NCBI GenBank assembly: GCA_965212055.1 | Contig: OZ243041.1 | Span: forward strand, 448,001-512,000 | From: Fidelibacterota bacterium | Lineage (GTDB): Bacteria > Fidelibacterota > Marinisomatia > Marinisomatales > Marinisomataceae | Direction: 5' to 3' | Length of the DNA stretch: 64,000 nt | In this document: piece by piece, positions 10,993-21,514 of the stretch | How the letters are laid out: every line of letters begins with the position of its first letter | How positions within the stretch are numbered: position 1 is the first letter of the stretch | Program-made: the position numbers and the translations under genes | The notes under the pieces: model-generated | What the model was told of the DNA's origin: nothing | Seen by the model: only the letters and a program-made list of their open reading frames with translations | The model's database searches: none

Positions 10993-12311
10993 TTGAGAAA
11001 ATAAGAAATATTTTTGCCATTCCTGAACTGAGAAGAAAAATCCTATTTACGTTAGGACTTTTAGTGGTTGTCAGAATTGGAGCTCAAATTCCAATTCCTG
11101 GTATCGACACTGCAGCTCTTTTTGAAGCCATGAAAGCTTTCGAGGATACTTTCTTTGGTTTATTTAATATGTTTACAGGTGGAGCTTTTGCTCAAGCTGC
11201 TCTTTTTGGGTTAGGAATTATGCCTTATATATCTGTTTCAATTATTGTTCAGATTTTACAAACTACACTTCCATATTTCCAAAGATTAGCTAGAGAAGGA
11301 GAGAGCGGTAGAGCAAAGATTACCCAAATTACAAGATATGGTACAGTAATTTTATCTCTTGTTCAGTCTATTGGTATTGCTTTTCTATTAGAAACTTTAG
11401 CAACGCCAGAGGGTATTCCGGTTGTACTAGAGAAGGGGTGGATGTTCAGATTTACTGCAGTCGTTTCTATTACAACAGGTACAATGTTATTATTGTGGCT
11501 TGGAGAAAAGATTACAGAGCATGGTATAGGTAATGGTATATCTCTTATTATTATGGTTGGAATTTTAGCTGGATTTCCAAATGTTGTTTTAGCTCAGATG
11601 CTAAAGTTTGAAACAGGTCAAACAAATATATTATTTGAATTGGCTTTGGCAATCTTGTTCTTCTTTTTAGTCATGTTAATTGTTCTTATTCAACAAGGGA
11701 TTAGAAAAGTTCCTATTCAATATGCAAGGAGAGTAATTGGTAGAAAAGTTTATGGTGGTCAATCTACATATTTACCATTAAAAATTAATACTGCGGGTGT
11801 TATTCCGATTATATTTGCGCAGTCTATATTATTAATTCCAGGTACAATTGCTACTTTTGTAGGACAAGAGGCTGTACAATCAGGTTTTATGTCTTGGTTT
11901 GCAATGGATCATTGGTTTTCTAATCTCTGTTTTGCTTTATTGATTGTCTTCTTTACCTATTTTTACACGGCACTACAATTTGATCCAAATCAAGTTTCTT
12001 CAACATTAAAACAGCAGGGAGGATTTATCCCTGGAGTGAAACCTGGAAGAAAAACAGCAAATTTTATTGAGAATATATTAACTAGAGTAACATTGCCTGG
12101 AGCATGCTTTCTTGGGTTTATTGCTTTAATGCCATACTTCTTACAACAATTGGTTGGTTTAGATTATAATTACGCTTCATTTTTTGGTGGTACAAGTTTA
12201 TTAATTATTGTTGGTGTTGGTTTAGATACCCTCAATCAAATAGAAACACATTTATTATCAAGACATTACGATGGTTTCTTAGCAAAAGGTAAGATGAGAG
12301 GTAGAAGGTAA
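10989..12311 (+). CDS. secY: Preprotein translocase SecY
   Basis: LGIMPYI, GIGNGISL, IPGVKPG, GGTSLLI. Confidence 0.99.
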   Translation: MIEKIRNIFAIPELRRKILFTLGLLVVVRIGAQIPIPGIDTAALFEAMKAFEDTFFGLFNMFTGGAFAQAALFGLGIMPYISVSIIVQILQTTLPYFQRLAREGESGRAKITQITRYGTVILSLVQSIGIAFLLETLATPEGIPVVLEKGWMFRFTAVVSITTGTMLLLWLGEKITEHGIGNGISLIIMVGILAGFPNVVLAQMLKFETGQTNILFELALAILFFFLVMLIVLIQQGIRKVPIQYARRVIGRKVYGGQSTYLPLKINTAGVIPIIFAQSILLIPGTIATFVGQEAVQSGFMSWFAMDHWFSNLCFALLIVFFTYFYTALQFDPNQVSSTLKQQGGFIPGVKPGRKTANFIENILTRVTLPGACFLGFIALMPYFLQQLVGLDYNYASFFGGTSLLIIVGVGLDTLNQIETHLLSRHYDGFLAKGKMRGRR

Positions 12312-13060
12312 TGGTTGATTTAAATAATATGGAACAAGTTAACAAGATGACTGAAAGTTGTCAGATATTATCTGATACTCTAGATCTTGTTGAGACATAT
12401 ATTGTTCCTGGTCAATCTGTTTTAGAATTAGATAAGATTGCTGAGGATTATATTGTTTCAAAAGATGGAATTCCTGCATTTAAAGGATATAATAATTTTC
12501 CGTCTACTTTATGCATATCAGTTGATGATGAGATTGTACATGGAATACCAAAGGATATAACATTAAAAGAGGGACAAATAGTAGGAATTGATTGCGGAGT
12601 TCTTAAGAATGGTTATTATAGTGATTCTGCAAGAACTATTCCAGTGGGTGAGATTTCTAAAGAAAAAGCATTATTATTAAATACAACAAAAGAAGCACTT
12701 GATATAGGCATTAGTAAAGCAGTAGCTGGTAATCTTGTCTATGATATTAGTCAGGCTATACAGGAATATGTAGAATCGAAAGGATATTCAATTGTTCGAG
12801 AATTAGTGGGGCATGGTATTGGCAAACAACTCCACCTTGATCCTCAAGTTCCTAATTTCTGTGAACCTAAGAATCATAGTCACGATGTTGTATTAGAGGA
12901 AGGTATGTGTTTAGCTATTGAACCAATGGTTAATTTGGGTAGTAGACACATTAAAACTGATAAAGATGGGTGGACAATTAAGACACAAGACGGGAAGCCA
13001 AGTGCACACTTTGAACATTCAGTTCTTATTACTAAGTTCCAACCCAGAATTTTAACATAG
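12311..13060 (+). CDS. map: Methionine aminopeptidase type I
   Basis: VHGIP, GHGIG, AIEPM, SAHFEH. Confidence 0.98.
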   Translation: MVDLNNMEQVNKMTESCQILSDTLDLVETYIVPGQSVLELDKIAEDYIVSKDGIPAFKGYNNFPSTLCISVDDEIVHGIPKDITLKEGQIVGIDCGVLKNGYYSDSARTIPVGEISKEKALLLNTTKEALDIGISKAVAGNLVYDISQAIQEYVESKGYSIVRELVGHGIGKQLHLDPQVPNFCEPKNHSHDVVLEEGMCLAIEPMVNLGSRHIKTDKDGWTIKTQDGKPSAHFEHSVLITKFQPRILT

Positions 13061-13061
13061 T

Positions 13062-13286
13062 ATGGCAAAACAAGAATCAATAGCAGTTGAGGGAGTTATA
13101 AAGGAAGCTTTACCAGGAGCGAGGTTTAGAGTGACAATAAACTTAGGAGGCAAAGAACACGAAGTTCTTGCACATGTAAGCGGTAAAATGCGTATGCATT
13201 TTATTAAAATGCTTCCTGGCGATAAAGTTGATTTAGAATTATCTCCATATGATTTAACTAGAGGAAGAATTACGTTTAGGCAATAA
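13062..13286 (+). CDS. infA: Translation initiation factor IF-1
   Basis: [17 protein letters not shown]. Confidence 0.99.
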   Translation: MAKQESIAVEGVIKEALPGARFRVTINLGGKEHEVLAHVSGKMRMHFIKMLPGDKVDLELSPYDLTRGRITFRQ

Positions 13287-13288
13287 TT

Positions 13289-13405
13289 ATGAAAGTTAAA
13301 GCATCAGTTAAGAGAAGAAGTCGAGATTGTATTATTGTACGTAGAAAAGGACGTATTTATATTATTAATAAGAGAAATCCTCGATTCAAACAGAGGCAAG
13401 GATAA
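13289..13405 (+). CDS. rpmJ: 50S ribosomal protein L36, 38 aa, Zn-independent type (below ORF-track cutoff)
   Basis: Hand translation [38 protein letters not shown], between infA and rpsM. Confidence 0.97.
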   Translation: MKVKASVKRRSRDCIIVRRKGRIYIINKRNPRFKQRQG

Positions 13406-13788
13406 TGGCTAGAATAGCAGGAATTGATATACCAAAAGATAAGAAAGTCGCTCATTCTCTTAGATATGTTCATGGAATTGGTTTAACTACCGCATTAAAG
13501 ATATGCGAATTAGCCAAGATTAATCCTGATTCTAGAGTTACTGATCTTAGTAGTAAAGAAGAAGATTCTATTAGAAAAGTTATTGTTGATTTGAAATTGC
13601 TAATTGAAGGTGAATTAAGAACCGAGAATATTAAAAATATTAAAAGATTACAAGATATTGGTACTTATAGAGGTGTAAGGCATAGAAAATCTTTGCCAGT
13701 AAGAGGACAGAGAACTAAGACAAACTCTCGTACCAAAAGAGGAAGGAAACAAACAGTGGGACTTGGTAATAAAAAGGTAGCAGTATAA
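13405..13788 (+). CDS. rpsM: 30S ribosomal protein S13
   Basis: [17 protein letters not shown]. Confidence 0.99.
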   Translation: MARIAGIDIPKDKKVAHSLRYVHGIGLTTALKICELAKINPDSRVTDLSSKEEDSIRKVIVDLKLLIEGELRTENIKNIKRLQDIGTYRGVRHRKSLPVRGQRTKTNSRTKRGRKQTVGLGNKKVAV

Positions 13789-13792
13789 GATT

Positions 13793-14173
13793 ATGGCAGT
13801 AAAAGGTAAATCAAAGAAAAAGAAAGTGGGTTCAAAGGGTATTGTCCACATAAAAGCAACATTTAACAATACAAATATTACAGTTACTGATGAACATGGC
13901 AATGTTATTGCTTGGGCTACTGCTGGAAAAGCGGGTTTTAGAGGATCTAGAAAGAATACCGCGTATGCAGCCTCTATAGCAGCAGAGAAAGTTGCAGGCG
14001 AGGTTGTTGGTATGGGTTTATTAAAAGTTTCAGTTAAGGTAAAAGGTCCTGGAGCAGGTAGAGAATCAGCTATTAGAGCGTTATCAGGTGCAGGGTTACA
14101 AATAGCTTCGATATCTGATGTAACTCCACTACCTCATAATGGTTGTAGACCTAAGAAACAGAGAAGAGTATAA
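13793..14173 (+). CDS. rpsK: 30S ribosomal protein S11
   Basis: [18 protein letters not shown]. Confidence 0.99.
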   Translation: MAVKGKSKKKKVGSKGIVHIKATFNNTNITVTDEHGNVIAWATAGKAGFRGSRKNTAYAASIAAEKVAGEVVGMGLLKVSVKVKGPGAGRESAIRALSGAGLQIASISDVTPLPHNGCRPKKQRRV

Positions 14174-14179
14174 AATTAT

Positions 14180-14794
14180 ATGGCAAAACTAAATACACCT
14201 AAAGGTAAACTGGTCAGAAAACTTGGAGTTAATATCTTTGGAAATCCAAAATTTGATAAATTATTATCAAGAAAAGGATATAGACCTGGTCAACATGGAC
14301 AATCTGGAAAGCGTTTTACGACATATTCCACACAATTAAAAGAGAAACAGAAAATCAAGTTTATGTATGGTATGTTAGAGAAACAATTTAGAAATTATTT
14401 TAAAAAAGCTTCACAAATGAAAGGTGAAACAGGTCTTAATCTATTGGTATTACTTGAATCAAGATTAGATAATGTAGTCTATAAATTAGGATTTGCTCCT
14501 TCAAGACCGTCTGCTAGACAGCTTGTTAACCATGCACATTTTATGGTTAATGGTAAGAGAGTTAATATACCGTCTTATCGATTAAAACCAGGTGATACCA
14601 TTCAAGTAAGGGACAAAAGTAAAAAATTAGATATTATATTAGATTCGATTAAGATGATTAAAGGTGATTTAAATGTATCATGGCTATCTTTAGATAAAGC
14701 TCAAATGGTTGGTACATTTGTTAATTATCCAGAAAGACAAGAAGTTGATATGACTATTAATGAACAGTTAGTTGTAGAGTACTATTCAAGATAA
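14180..14794 (+). CDS. rpsD: 30S ribosomal protein S4 (no Cys; Zn-independent)
   Basis: PGQHG, LESRLDNVVY, VVEYYSR. Confidence 0.99.
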   Translation: MAKLNTPKGKLVRKLGVNIFGNPKFDKLLSRKGYRPGQHGQSGKRFTTYSTQLKEKQKIKFMYGMLEKQFRNYFKKASQMKGETGLNLLVLLESRLDNVVYKLGFAPSRPSARQLVNHAHFMVNGKRVNIPSYRLKPGDTIQVRDKSKKLDIILDSIKMIKGDLNVSWLSLDKAQMVGTFVNYPERQEVDMTINEQLVVEYYSR

Positions 14795-14806
14795 AAGGAA
14801 AAGATA

Positions 14807-15781
14807 ATGAGTAATGAATTAAAATTTAAAATTTCACATAAAGAAACAGATGATAATTCTAGTGAGTTTGTTATTAAACCATTGGAAAGAGGCTATGGAA
14901 TAACTGTAGGAAATTCTCTAAGGAGAGCTTTGTTAACAGCGGTTCCTGGAGCAGCAATTACCAATGTGAAGATTGAAGGTGCCTTACATGAGTTTTCTAC
15001 ATTGGACGGTATCAAGGAAGATGTTGCTGATATTCTTATGAATTTGAAAGCAGTACGATTTCATCTTTTTGAAAGCGTTGTTGAACCAATACGTTTAAAG
15101 ATTAAAGGAAAGAAAACGTTTACTGCAGCTAATATTCAAGCGGCAAGTAATGATTTTACTATTCTTAATCCTGACCTATATATTACTGATATTGCTAAAG
15201 ATACTACATTAGAGATAGAATTGAGGCTAGGTATAGGCAAAGGCTATAAGTCAAGCGAAGAAAATACACTTAATAATTCACCGGTTGGGATTATTCCAAT
15301 TGATAGCATTTTTAACCCTGTTACAAAAGTCACATTTAATGTTTCTTCCTTACCGGGAGCAAAAGAAGATTTAGAAATGTTGTCTTTAGATGTTACAACT
15401 GATGGATCAATTACTCCAATAGATGCGGTAAGTTATTGTTCTTCAGTATTATCTGAGCACTATAATATTATCAATTCCATTAGCAATCCTTCAGTGTTAG
15501 AGATTGATAAGCCAGTAAGTGAAGAAATTCTACAGACTCGTAAGCTTCTTGAATCTTCAATCGATGAAATGGAACTTTCAGTAAGAAGTCATAACTGTCT
15601 TGAAGCTGCAGGCATTACTTTGATTGGAGCACTTGTTCAAAAAGAAGAATCCGAAATGTTGGAGTATAAAAATTTCGGTAGAAAATCTTTAAACGAGTTG
15701 ATTGAAAAACTTGAAACAATGGGATTGAAATTTGGAATGGATATTAGTCCATACCTTGACAACGAAAACAATGAGGCATAG
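14807..15781 (+). CDS. rpoA: RNA polymerase subunit alpha
   Basis: PLERGYGITVGNSLRR, LSVRSHNCL, NFGRKSL. Confidence 0.99.
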   Translation: MSNELKFKISHKETDDNSSEFVIKPLERGYGITVGNSLRRALLTAVPGAAITNVKIEGALHEFSTLDGIKEDVADILMNLKAVRFHLFESVVEPIRLKIKGKKTFTAANIQAASNDFTILNPDLYITDIAKDTTLEIELRLGIGKGYKSSEENTLNNSPVGIIPIDSIFNPVTKVTFNVSSLPGAKEDLEMLSLDVTTDGSITPIDAVSYCSSVLSEHYNIINSISNPSVLEIDKPVSEEILQTRKLLESSIDEMELSVRSHNCLEAAGITLIGALVQKEESEMLEYKNFGRKSLNELIEKLETMGLKFGMDISPYLDNENNEA

Positions 15782-16190
15782 AGTAAGAACAAAAAAGGTT
15801 GGGAAATCTGCTTCTCATAGAAAAGCAATGTTGTCTAACATGGCAAGCTCTTTAATCGAGCACAAACGCATTAGAACAACCCATCAAAAAGCTATAGCAC
15901 TCAAGAGATTTATTGAGCCAATGATTACCAAAGCAAAAGATGGAACATTACATAATAGAAGACAGGTGTTGAAAAGCTTAAATAATCAAACAGCTGTTAA
16001 AACATTGTTTGATGTTATTGGTCCTAGTTATGCTCAAAGACCAGGCGGTTACACAAGAATCATTAAGCTTGGAAGTAGGGTTAATGATGCTGCAAAAATG
16101 TCTCTGATTGAATTTGTTGATAAATCTAATCTAGAAGATAGTGTTGTTGAAGATCAAGTTCCTGAAGAAGTAGAATCAGAAGATAATTAA
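15771..16190 (+). CDS. rplQ: 50S ribosomal protein L17 (start ATG 15771), short acidic tail
   Basis: MRHR, RPGGYTRIIK. Confidence 0.98.
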   Translation: MRHRVRTKKVGKSASHRKAMLSNMASSLIEHKRIRTTHQKAIALKRFIEPMITKAKDGTLHNRRQVLKSLNNQTAVKTLFDVIGPSYAQRPGGYTRIIKLGSRVNDAAKMSLIEFVDKSNLEDSVVEDQVPEEVESEDN

Positions 16191-16619
16191 ATCATTTCGA
16201 TTATATCTTTTAAATATTTTTTATCAATCTCATCAAAGTCATCAAGTTCTTTTGAATCAATGTCTAATACATAATTTAGAAATGGTATAGTAATTTCTGA
16301 CTTACTATTTGGATCACATTCAATATGTCCATGAAATTTACTAACATTAGGCACAATTATTATTTTTCTAGAATTGAGGGATTGTCCGCATACTCCGTCC
16401 ATATTTATGGGACTACATGGTATTTTGTCTGACTTATAAAATGATATTTCTAATTCGTTATCATTAAGAATATAAAAACCGACAAAAATTCCAATTTTCA
16501 AACATATCATATAGTGTGTTACATATTAAATCTAAGGTTAGTTCATCTTTTAAGTTTTTAATTTTAGAAATTGCTTTTTGATAAGTTTCTTCTTTAATGT
16601 CAGGTTGTAACTTGCTCAT
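16187..16619 (-). CDS. msrC: GAF-domain free methionine-(R)-sulfoxide reductase-like protein, split by a 1-nt frameshift at the A5 run 16484-16488
   Basis: Joining two track ORFs gives MSKLQ...FENWNF/VGFY...PC...GVCG...HIECDPNSKSEI...VLDIDS, the fRMsr pattern. Confidence 0.8.
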
Positions 16620-17526
16620 GTCAAAAAATAACAAATATTCTGAGAAGGCAATAATAGTTTCTGGTTTGCCTAGAACAGCAACAACAGCATTGGGAGATAT
16701 ATTGTCTCTTATTGATGGATATAACATGGTTTACGAGCCTTTTAATGCGTCCCAAGGCATTTCAGAGGTCAATTTAAATTACCTGATTCCTGGTGCAAAT
16801 ATTAGTTATAGTGATTTCGATGATGTTTTTAATAGTATTCTGAATTTAAATGCTAAGTTTAAATTAGGAGTGAAGGAAAATGATTCAGCTCTAAAGAAAG
16901 CTGTTAAAACATTATTTGGGAACGAATCTTCCTTGTCATTTCTTAAATCCAAGTTTTCTATTAATAAAAAGAAATTAATTATTAAGGATCCTTTTTTGGT
17001 ATTTGCATCACTGTATCTTTCTGATAATTATAGAGTAATAATGTGTGAGAGGCCAATTTTACCATTAGCGGGTAGTTTTAAGAGGATGGGATGGGAATTC
17101 TCTGAGTATGACAGACTCATTAATGATCTTAATCGTATTGATGTTAAAATAGAGGAAAAAATTGAAAATAGCTCTATTTCTCCATCTGTTTTAGGAGCTA
17201 TCCAATTTTTTCAATTGTATAGTAGTTTTAAAAGTAAAATTGAAGGAAAAGAGAATATTTATTTCTTCAATCAAAATGATTTTTCATTAAATCCAGAACA
17301 ATCAATTAATCGACTATTTGATTGGTTAGATGAAGGGTGTACAGACAAAATAGTTAGCAAAGTTAAAAACCTAAATTTTGGTCAAAAAAATGATATAAAA
17401 GAGCCAAAAAAACAAGTTCAACATGACTTAGTTTACAATAAATCTTTTTCAAACAAGTACTATAAGTCAGTTTTGAATAAAGAAGAAATTGATTTTGTAA
17501 GGGAGTGTAGCGGAGGAGAGATTTGA
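16618..17526 (+). CDS. Sulfotransferase-family protein (start 16618 or 16597)
   Basis: N-terminal PAPS-binding-like IIVSGLPRTATT, followed by YEPFN and IIKDP. Confidence 0.7.
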   Translation: MSKNNKYSEKAIIVSGLPRTATTALGDILSLIDGYNMVYEPFNASQGISEVNLNYLIPGANISYSDFDDVFNSILNLNAKFKLGVKENDSALKKAVKTLFGNESSLSFLKSKFSINKKKLIIKDPFLVFASLYLSDNYRVIMCERPILPLAGSFKRMGWEFSEYDRLINDLNRIDVKIEEKIENSSISPSVLGAIQFFQLYSSFKSKIEGKENIYFFNQNDFSLNPEQSINRLFDWLDEGCTDKIVSKVKNLNFGQKNDIKEPKKQVQHDLVYNKSFSNKYYKSVLNKEEIDFVRECSGGEI

Positions 17527-17581
17527 ACTCCCGACACGCGGATTATGATTCCGCTGCTCTAACCAACTGAGCTACTCCGCC
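17508..17581 (-). tRNA. tRNA-Met(CAT), elongator-like
   Basis: GGCGGAGTAGCTCAG...GCGGA-ATCATAA-TCCGC...GTTCAAATC...CTCCGCTA cloverleaf; no initiator GGG/CCC anticodon stem. Confidence 0.93.
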
Positions 17582-17709
17582 ATAGATTTTTTGAAGTTAT
17601 ATTACTTAAGTTTAAATGTCTAAATTTTTATAAGAAAAGTGTTCACTTTTCTATCTTATTTTGTAATTTTAACTTCTGTTGGCGAACTTAAAGACATATA
17701 GGGATACAA

Positions 17710-19050
17710 ATGAAATATAAATCAAAAAACGATTTTTTGAATACAGTTGTTGACAAATATAAAGATCAACAAGAATTTCATCAAGCTGTAGAAGAAGTAA
17801 TTGGTTCTATTTGGTCTACTGCTACAAAGAATAAAGAGTATGTGGAAGCTAATATACTGGATAGAATTATTGTTCCTGATAGATCTATTATTTTTCGTGT
17901 TCCATGGGTTGATGATAATAATAATGTTCAAGTCAATCTAGGGTATAGAATTCAGTTCAATTCCTCTATTGGTCCTTATAAAGGTGGGCTTCGATTCCAC
18001 CCAAGTGTTAATCTAGGGATTCTCAAATTTTTAGCATTTGAGCAGGTTTTTAAAAATAGCCTTACAGGATTAAATCTTGGTGGAGGTAAAGGTGGTTCAA
18101 ATTTTGATCCAAAAGGAAAATCAGATAGAGAGATAATGAGATTCTGTCATTCATTCATGGACGAACTTTTTAGGCACATTGGTAGAAGAACAGATATTCC
18201 TGCTGGAGATATTGGTGTTGGCGCAAAAGAAATTGGATATATGTTCGGTCAATATAAGAAAATAAAGAATGTTTTTTCAGGTGTCTTAACCGGAAAAGGA
18301 ACTAATTGGGGTGGAAGTCTAATCCGTCCTGAAGCAACTGGTTATGGATTAGTTTACTTTGCGATTAATATGTTAGAAACACAAGATGATGCACTAGAAG
18401 GAAAAACAGTCACTATTTCTGGATCAGGGAATGTTGCACAGTATGCTTGTGAGAAGTTAATCGAATTAGGTGCGAAACCTGTTACCCTTTCAGATTCAAG
18501 TGGATTTATTTATGATCCTGATGGAATTACTCAGGAAAAACTTGAGTATGTGAAAAAATTAAAGGATAGTCGTTCAGCGAGAATTTCAGAATATGCAAAG
18601 AAATATAAAGTCAAATTTTTTGCCAATCAAAATCCATGGAGCATTAAATGTGATATTGCTCTTCCGTGTGCTACGCAGAACGAATTGGATTTAAAAGATG
18701 CCAAAAAGCTAACTAAAAATGGTTGTATTGTGGTTGCAGAAGGAGCAAATATGCCATGTACTAAGGATGCAGTACATCACTTCATAGATAAGAAGATATT
18801 GTTTGGTCCAGGTAAAGCTGCAAATGCTGGAGGAGTTGCTGTTTCTGGTATTGAGATGAGTCAAAATAGTACAAGAATTCCATTAAAAAGAGAACAAGTT
18901 GATAATTTATTGAAAGGAATTATGGATAAGATTCATTCTACATGTGTTGACTTTGGTTCTCAAAAAGGATTTGTTAACTATGTTGATGGTGCAAATATTG
19001 GCGGATTTGTTAGAATTGCAGACTCCATGGTTGATCAAGGCGTTGTCTAA
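17710..19050 (+). CDS. gdhA: NADP-specific glutamate dehydrogenase
   Basis: GPYKGGLRFHP, GGGKGGS, RPEATGYG, KAANAGGV. Confidence 0.98.
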   Translation: MKYKSKNDFLNTVVDKYKDQQEFHQAVEEVIGSIWSTATKNKEYVEANILDRIIVPDRSIIFRVPWVDDNNNVQVNLGYRIQFNSSIGPYKGGLRFHPSVNLGILKFLAFEQVFKNSLTGLNLGGGKGGSNFDPKGKSDREIMRFCHSFMDELFRHIGRRTDIPAGDIGVGAKEIGYMFGQYKKIKNVFSGVLTGKGTNWGGSLIRPEATGYGLVYFAINMLETQDDALEGKTVTISGSGNVAQYACEKLIELGAKPVTLSDSSGFIYDPDGITQEKLEYVKKLKDSRSARISEYAKKYKVKFFANQNPWSIKCDIALPCATQNELDLKDAKKLTKNGCIVVAEGANMPCTKDAVHHFIDKKILFGPGKAANAGGVAVSGIEMSQNSTRIPLKREQVDNLLKGIMDKIHSTCVDFGSQKGFVNYVDGANIGGFVRIADSMVDQGVV

Positions 19051-19076
19051 AACATTTTTAACAAACTTTCAGACTG

Positions 19077-20264
19077 ATGCTACGCAAACTTAAATCATTT
19101 GATATTCAATCAAGACGCGTCTTAATAAGAGTAGATTTTAATGTTCCCATTGATAATGATATTGTTATTGATGATTATAGAATTCGAAAAACAATTCCTA
19201 CTATTAAACATTGTTTAGACCAAGGGGCTAAAGTTATTTTAATGTCACATCTAGGAAGGCCAAAAGGTAAAATCAATTCAAAATTTTCTTTAATGCCTGT
19301 AGGAGAAAAATTAGCTGAATTATTAGAAATTCCTATAAAGTTCTCTCAGGATTGTGTATCAGATGATGCAATAGATGTTTCACACAATTTACAGTCGGGT
19401 GAAGTACATCTCCTTGAAAATTTACGTTTCTACAATGAAGAGATTGAAAACAATAATGAATTTGCGATAAAACTTTCTAAGCATGGTGAGATATATTTAA
19501 ATGATGCATTTGGGACAGCTCATCGTGAACACGCATCCAACGCTGGTATTGTTCATCATTTTATGCACAAAGGCATAGGCGTACTGATAGAAAAAGAGTT
19601 AGAGTTCTTATCAGATGCTCTGAAGGCTCCTTTAGCTCCAGTGTTATTAATTATTGGAGGAGCAAAAATTGATACCAAAATTGATGTGATTCATAACTTT
19701 CTTGATCTAGCAGACAATATTATTATTGGAGGAGCAATGGCAAATACATTTCTAGCTGCAAATGGCTATAATATGGGTAAATCATTGGTTGAAACGGATA
19801 AATTAGAAATTGCAAAAAGAATATTGTTAGATGCTTCAAAAACAAAAACTAAGATTATCTTACCAATTGATTTTAATGGAGAGTTAGATGAGTTTGGTAG
19901 CGGAAACTTAAAGTATGCTAATTATGATGATATTAAGAAAAATATGATTTGTGAAGATATTGGAGAATTAAGCGTAAATTTATTTGCAGATATTATAAGC
20001 AAGTCAAAAACAATTTTTTGGAATGGTACAGTAGGAGTTGCTGAAAACAAAGATTTTTCTTTTGGTACAGAGAAAATTATCGATAAAATTATTGAGAATG
20101 AATGTGTTGCAATAGTAGGAGGCGGTGATACTGTGACTGCCATTAGCAATTATAACGATGAATTAATTAATGGATTTTCGCATGTTTCAACAGGAGGCGG
20201 TGCATGTTTGGAACTATTATCTGGAAAGAAACTTCCAGCAATAGAGATTTTAGATAAATCATGA
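19077..20264 (+). CDS. pgk: Phosphoglycerate kinase
   Basis: RVDFNVP, SHLGRP, NDAFGTAHR, HVSTGGGA. Confidence 0.99.
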   Translation: MLRKLKSFDIQSRRVLIRVDFNVPIDNDIVIDDYRIRKTIPTIKHCLDQGAKVILMSHLGRPKGKINSKFSLMPVGEKLAELLEIPIKFSQDCVSDDAIDVSHNLQSGEVHLLENLRFYNEEIENNNEFAIKLSKHGEIYLNDAFGTAHREHASNAGIVHHFMHKGIGVLIEKELEFLSDALKAPLAPVLLIIGGAKIDTKIDVIHNFLDLADNIIIGGAMANTFLAANGYNMGKSLVETDKLEIAKRILLDASKTKTKIILPIDFNGELDEFGSGNLKYANYDDIKKNMICEDIGELSVNLFADIISKSKTIFWNGTVGVAENKDFSFGTEKIIDKIIENECVAIVGGGDTVTAISNYNDELINGFSHVSTGGGACLELLSGKKLPAIEILDKS

Positions 20265-21001
20265 AGAAAACAATATTAGCTGCAAATTGGAAGATGTATC
20301 TCAATGAGAATGAATCTGTTGATTTCATTAAGAAGATGAATCAAGAAGACGGTTCGTTCTCTAATTCTAATGTAATACTTTTTCCCTCTCATACCTGTAT
20401 TAATCAAGTTCAAAAAAATTTGAAATCAAATAATATTAAAATTGGTATGCAAGATTGTGATATTCACACCAGTGGGGCATATACAGGATCCGTATCTATT
20501 AATAGTGTTACCACGGTAGATTATTGTATTGTTGGACATTCAGAACGAAGACTAATATATAATGATTCCGATAGCATTATTCAAGACAAACTCCAAACAG
20601 TGTTTAATCATGATGTAAGAGCAATTCTATGTGTTGGAGAAACAAAAGAAGAAAAAGACAATAATCAAACCCATAGTGTTATAGATAAACAATTGGGTAT
20701 ACTGCCAAAGGAGTTAAAGAATGATTTAACTATAGCCTATGAACCTGTCTGGTCTATAGGGTCTGGCAATCTTCCTTCTAATGAATATATAGAGGAAGTT
20801 CTTTCTTATATAAAAAATAAATTAAAAAGTTTATATTCAGACGAAATTGCAGAAAAGGTTATTTTGCTTTATGGTGGATCTGTGGATGAGAACAGTGTTA
20901 ACAGATTGTTAGAAGTTAAATTAATTGATGGTTTCCTAATTGGTAGTGCTAGTGCTAATTTTGAAGCTTTTAAAGCAATTGCAGAAAAAATAAAATTATA
21001 G
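20261..21001 (+). CDS. tpiA: Triosephosphate isomerase
   Basis: ANWKM, GHSERR, AYEPVWSIG, LYGGSV. Confidence 0.99.
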   Translation: MKKTILAANWKMYLNENESVDFIKKMNQEDGSFSNSNVILFPSHTCINQVQKNLKSNNIKIGMQDCDIHTSGAYTGSVSINSVTTVDYCIVGHSERRLIYNDSDSIIQDKLQTVFNHDVRAILCVGETKEEKDNNQTHSVIDKQLGILPKELKNDLTIAYEPVWSIGSGNLPSNEYIEEVLSYIKNKLKSLYSDEIAEKVILLYGGSVDENSVNRLLEVKLIDGFLIGSASANFEAFKAIAEKIKL

Positions 21002-21008
21002 AGGAATC

Positions 21009-21353
21009 ATGGTTGAATTTTTAATAGTAATTCATACGTTAATTAGTATAGTGTTGGTTGTTGTAATATTGATGCAGTCTGGTCAAGGAGGTTTAAATTC
21101 TATGATGGGTGGTGTTGCTAATTCCATGTTAGGATCTTCTGGTGCCAATAATTTTATTACAAAATTGACAACATGGCTTGGTATAATTTTTATAGCATTG
21201 GCCTTGTTAATAGGGATGTTGAGTGGTAAAACTGCTGGAAATCATCAATACTTGGACAGGATGCCGATTCAAGAGAAACAGAAATGCCAGCTACCAATGA
21301 ATATATATTACCTTCTAATGAGATTTTACCAGAAGAAAGTAAAGAATAATTAG
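21009..21353 (+). CDS. secG: Preprotein translocase SecG; probable 1-nt frameshift at about 21240 alters the tail
   Basis: Two hydrophobic segments, ILMQSGQGG, tpiA-secG-tRNA-Leu synteny; alternate frame gives KSSILGQD...EESKE* ending at 21349. Confidence 0.93.
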   Translation: MVEFLIVIHTLISIVLVVVILMQSGQGGLNSMMGGVANSMLGSSGANNFITKLTTWLGIIFIALALLIGMLSGKTAGNHQYLDRMPIQEKQKCQLPMNIYYLLMRFYQKKVKNN

Positions 21354-21436
21354 CCGAAGTGGTGGAATTGGTAGACACGCTAGCTTGAGGGGCTAGTGGA
21401 GGAAACTCTGTGTGGGTTCAAGTCCCGCCTTCGGCA
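21353..21436 (+). tRNA. tRNA-Leu(GAG)
   Basis: CTAGC-TTGAGGG-GCTAG anticodon arm, long variable arm, GGTTCAAGTCC. Confidence 0.96.
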
Positions 21437-21514
21437 CAAAAAATAATTTAATATTATTTTGAAAAGATTTTTAGATTATGGGTTAATAATAAAGAGATAT
21501 TTAAAGGTGATATA

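Noticed and set aside
558..15828. Short antisense or alternate-frame ORFs within fusA and the r-protein operon (and similar ones elsewhere)
   Set aside because: They are fully nested in conserved genes and have no recognisable motifs
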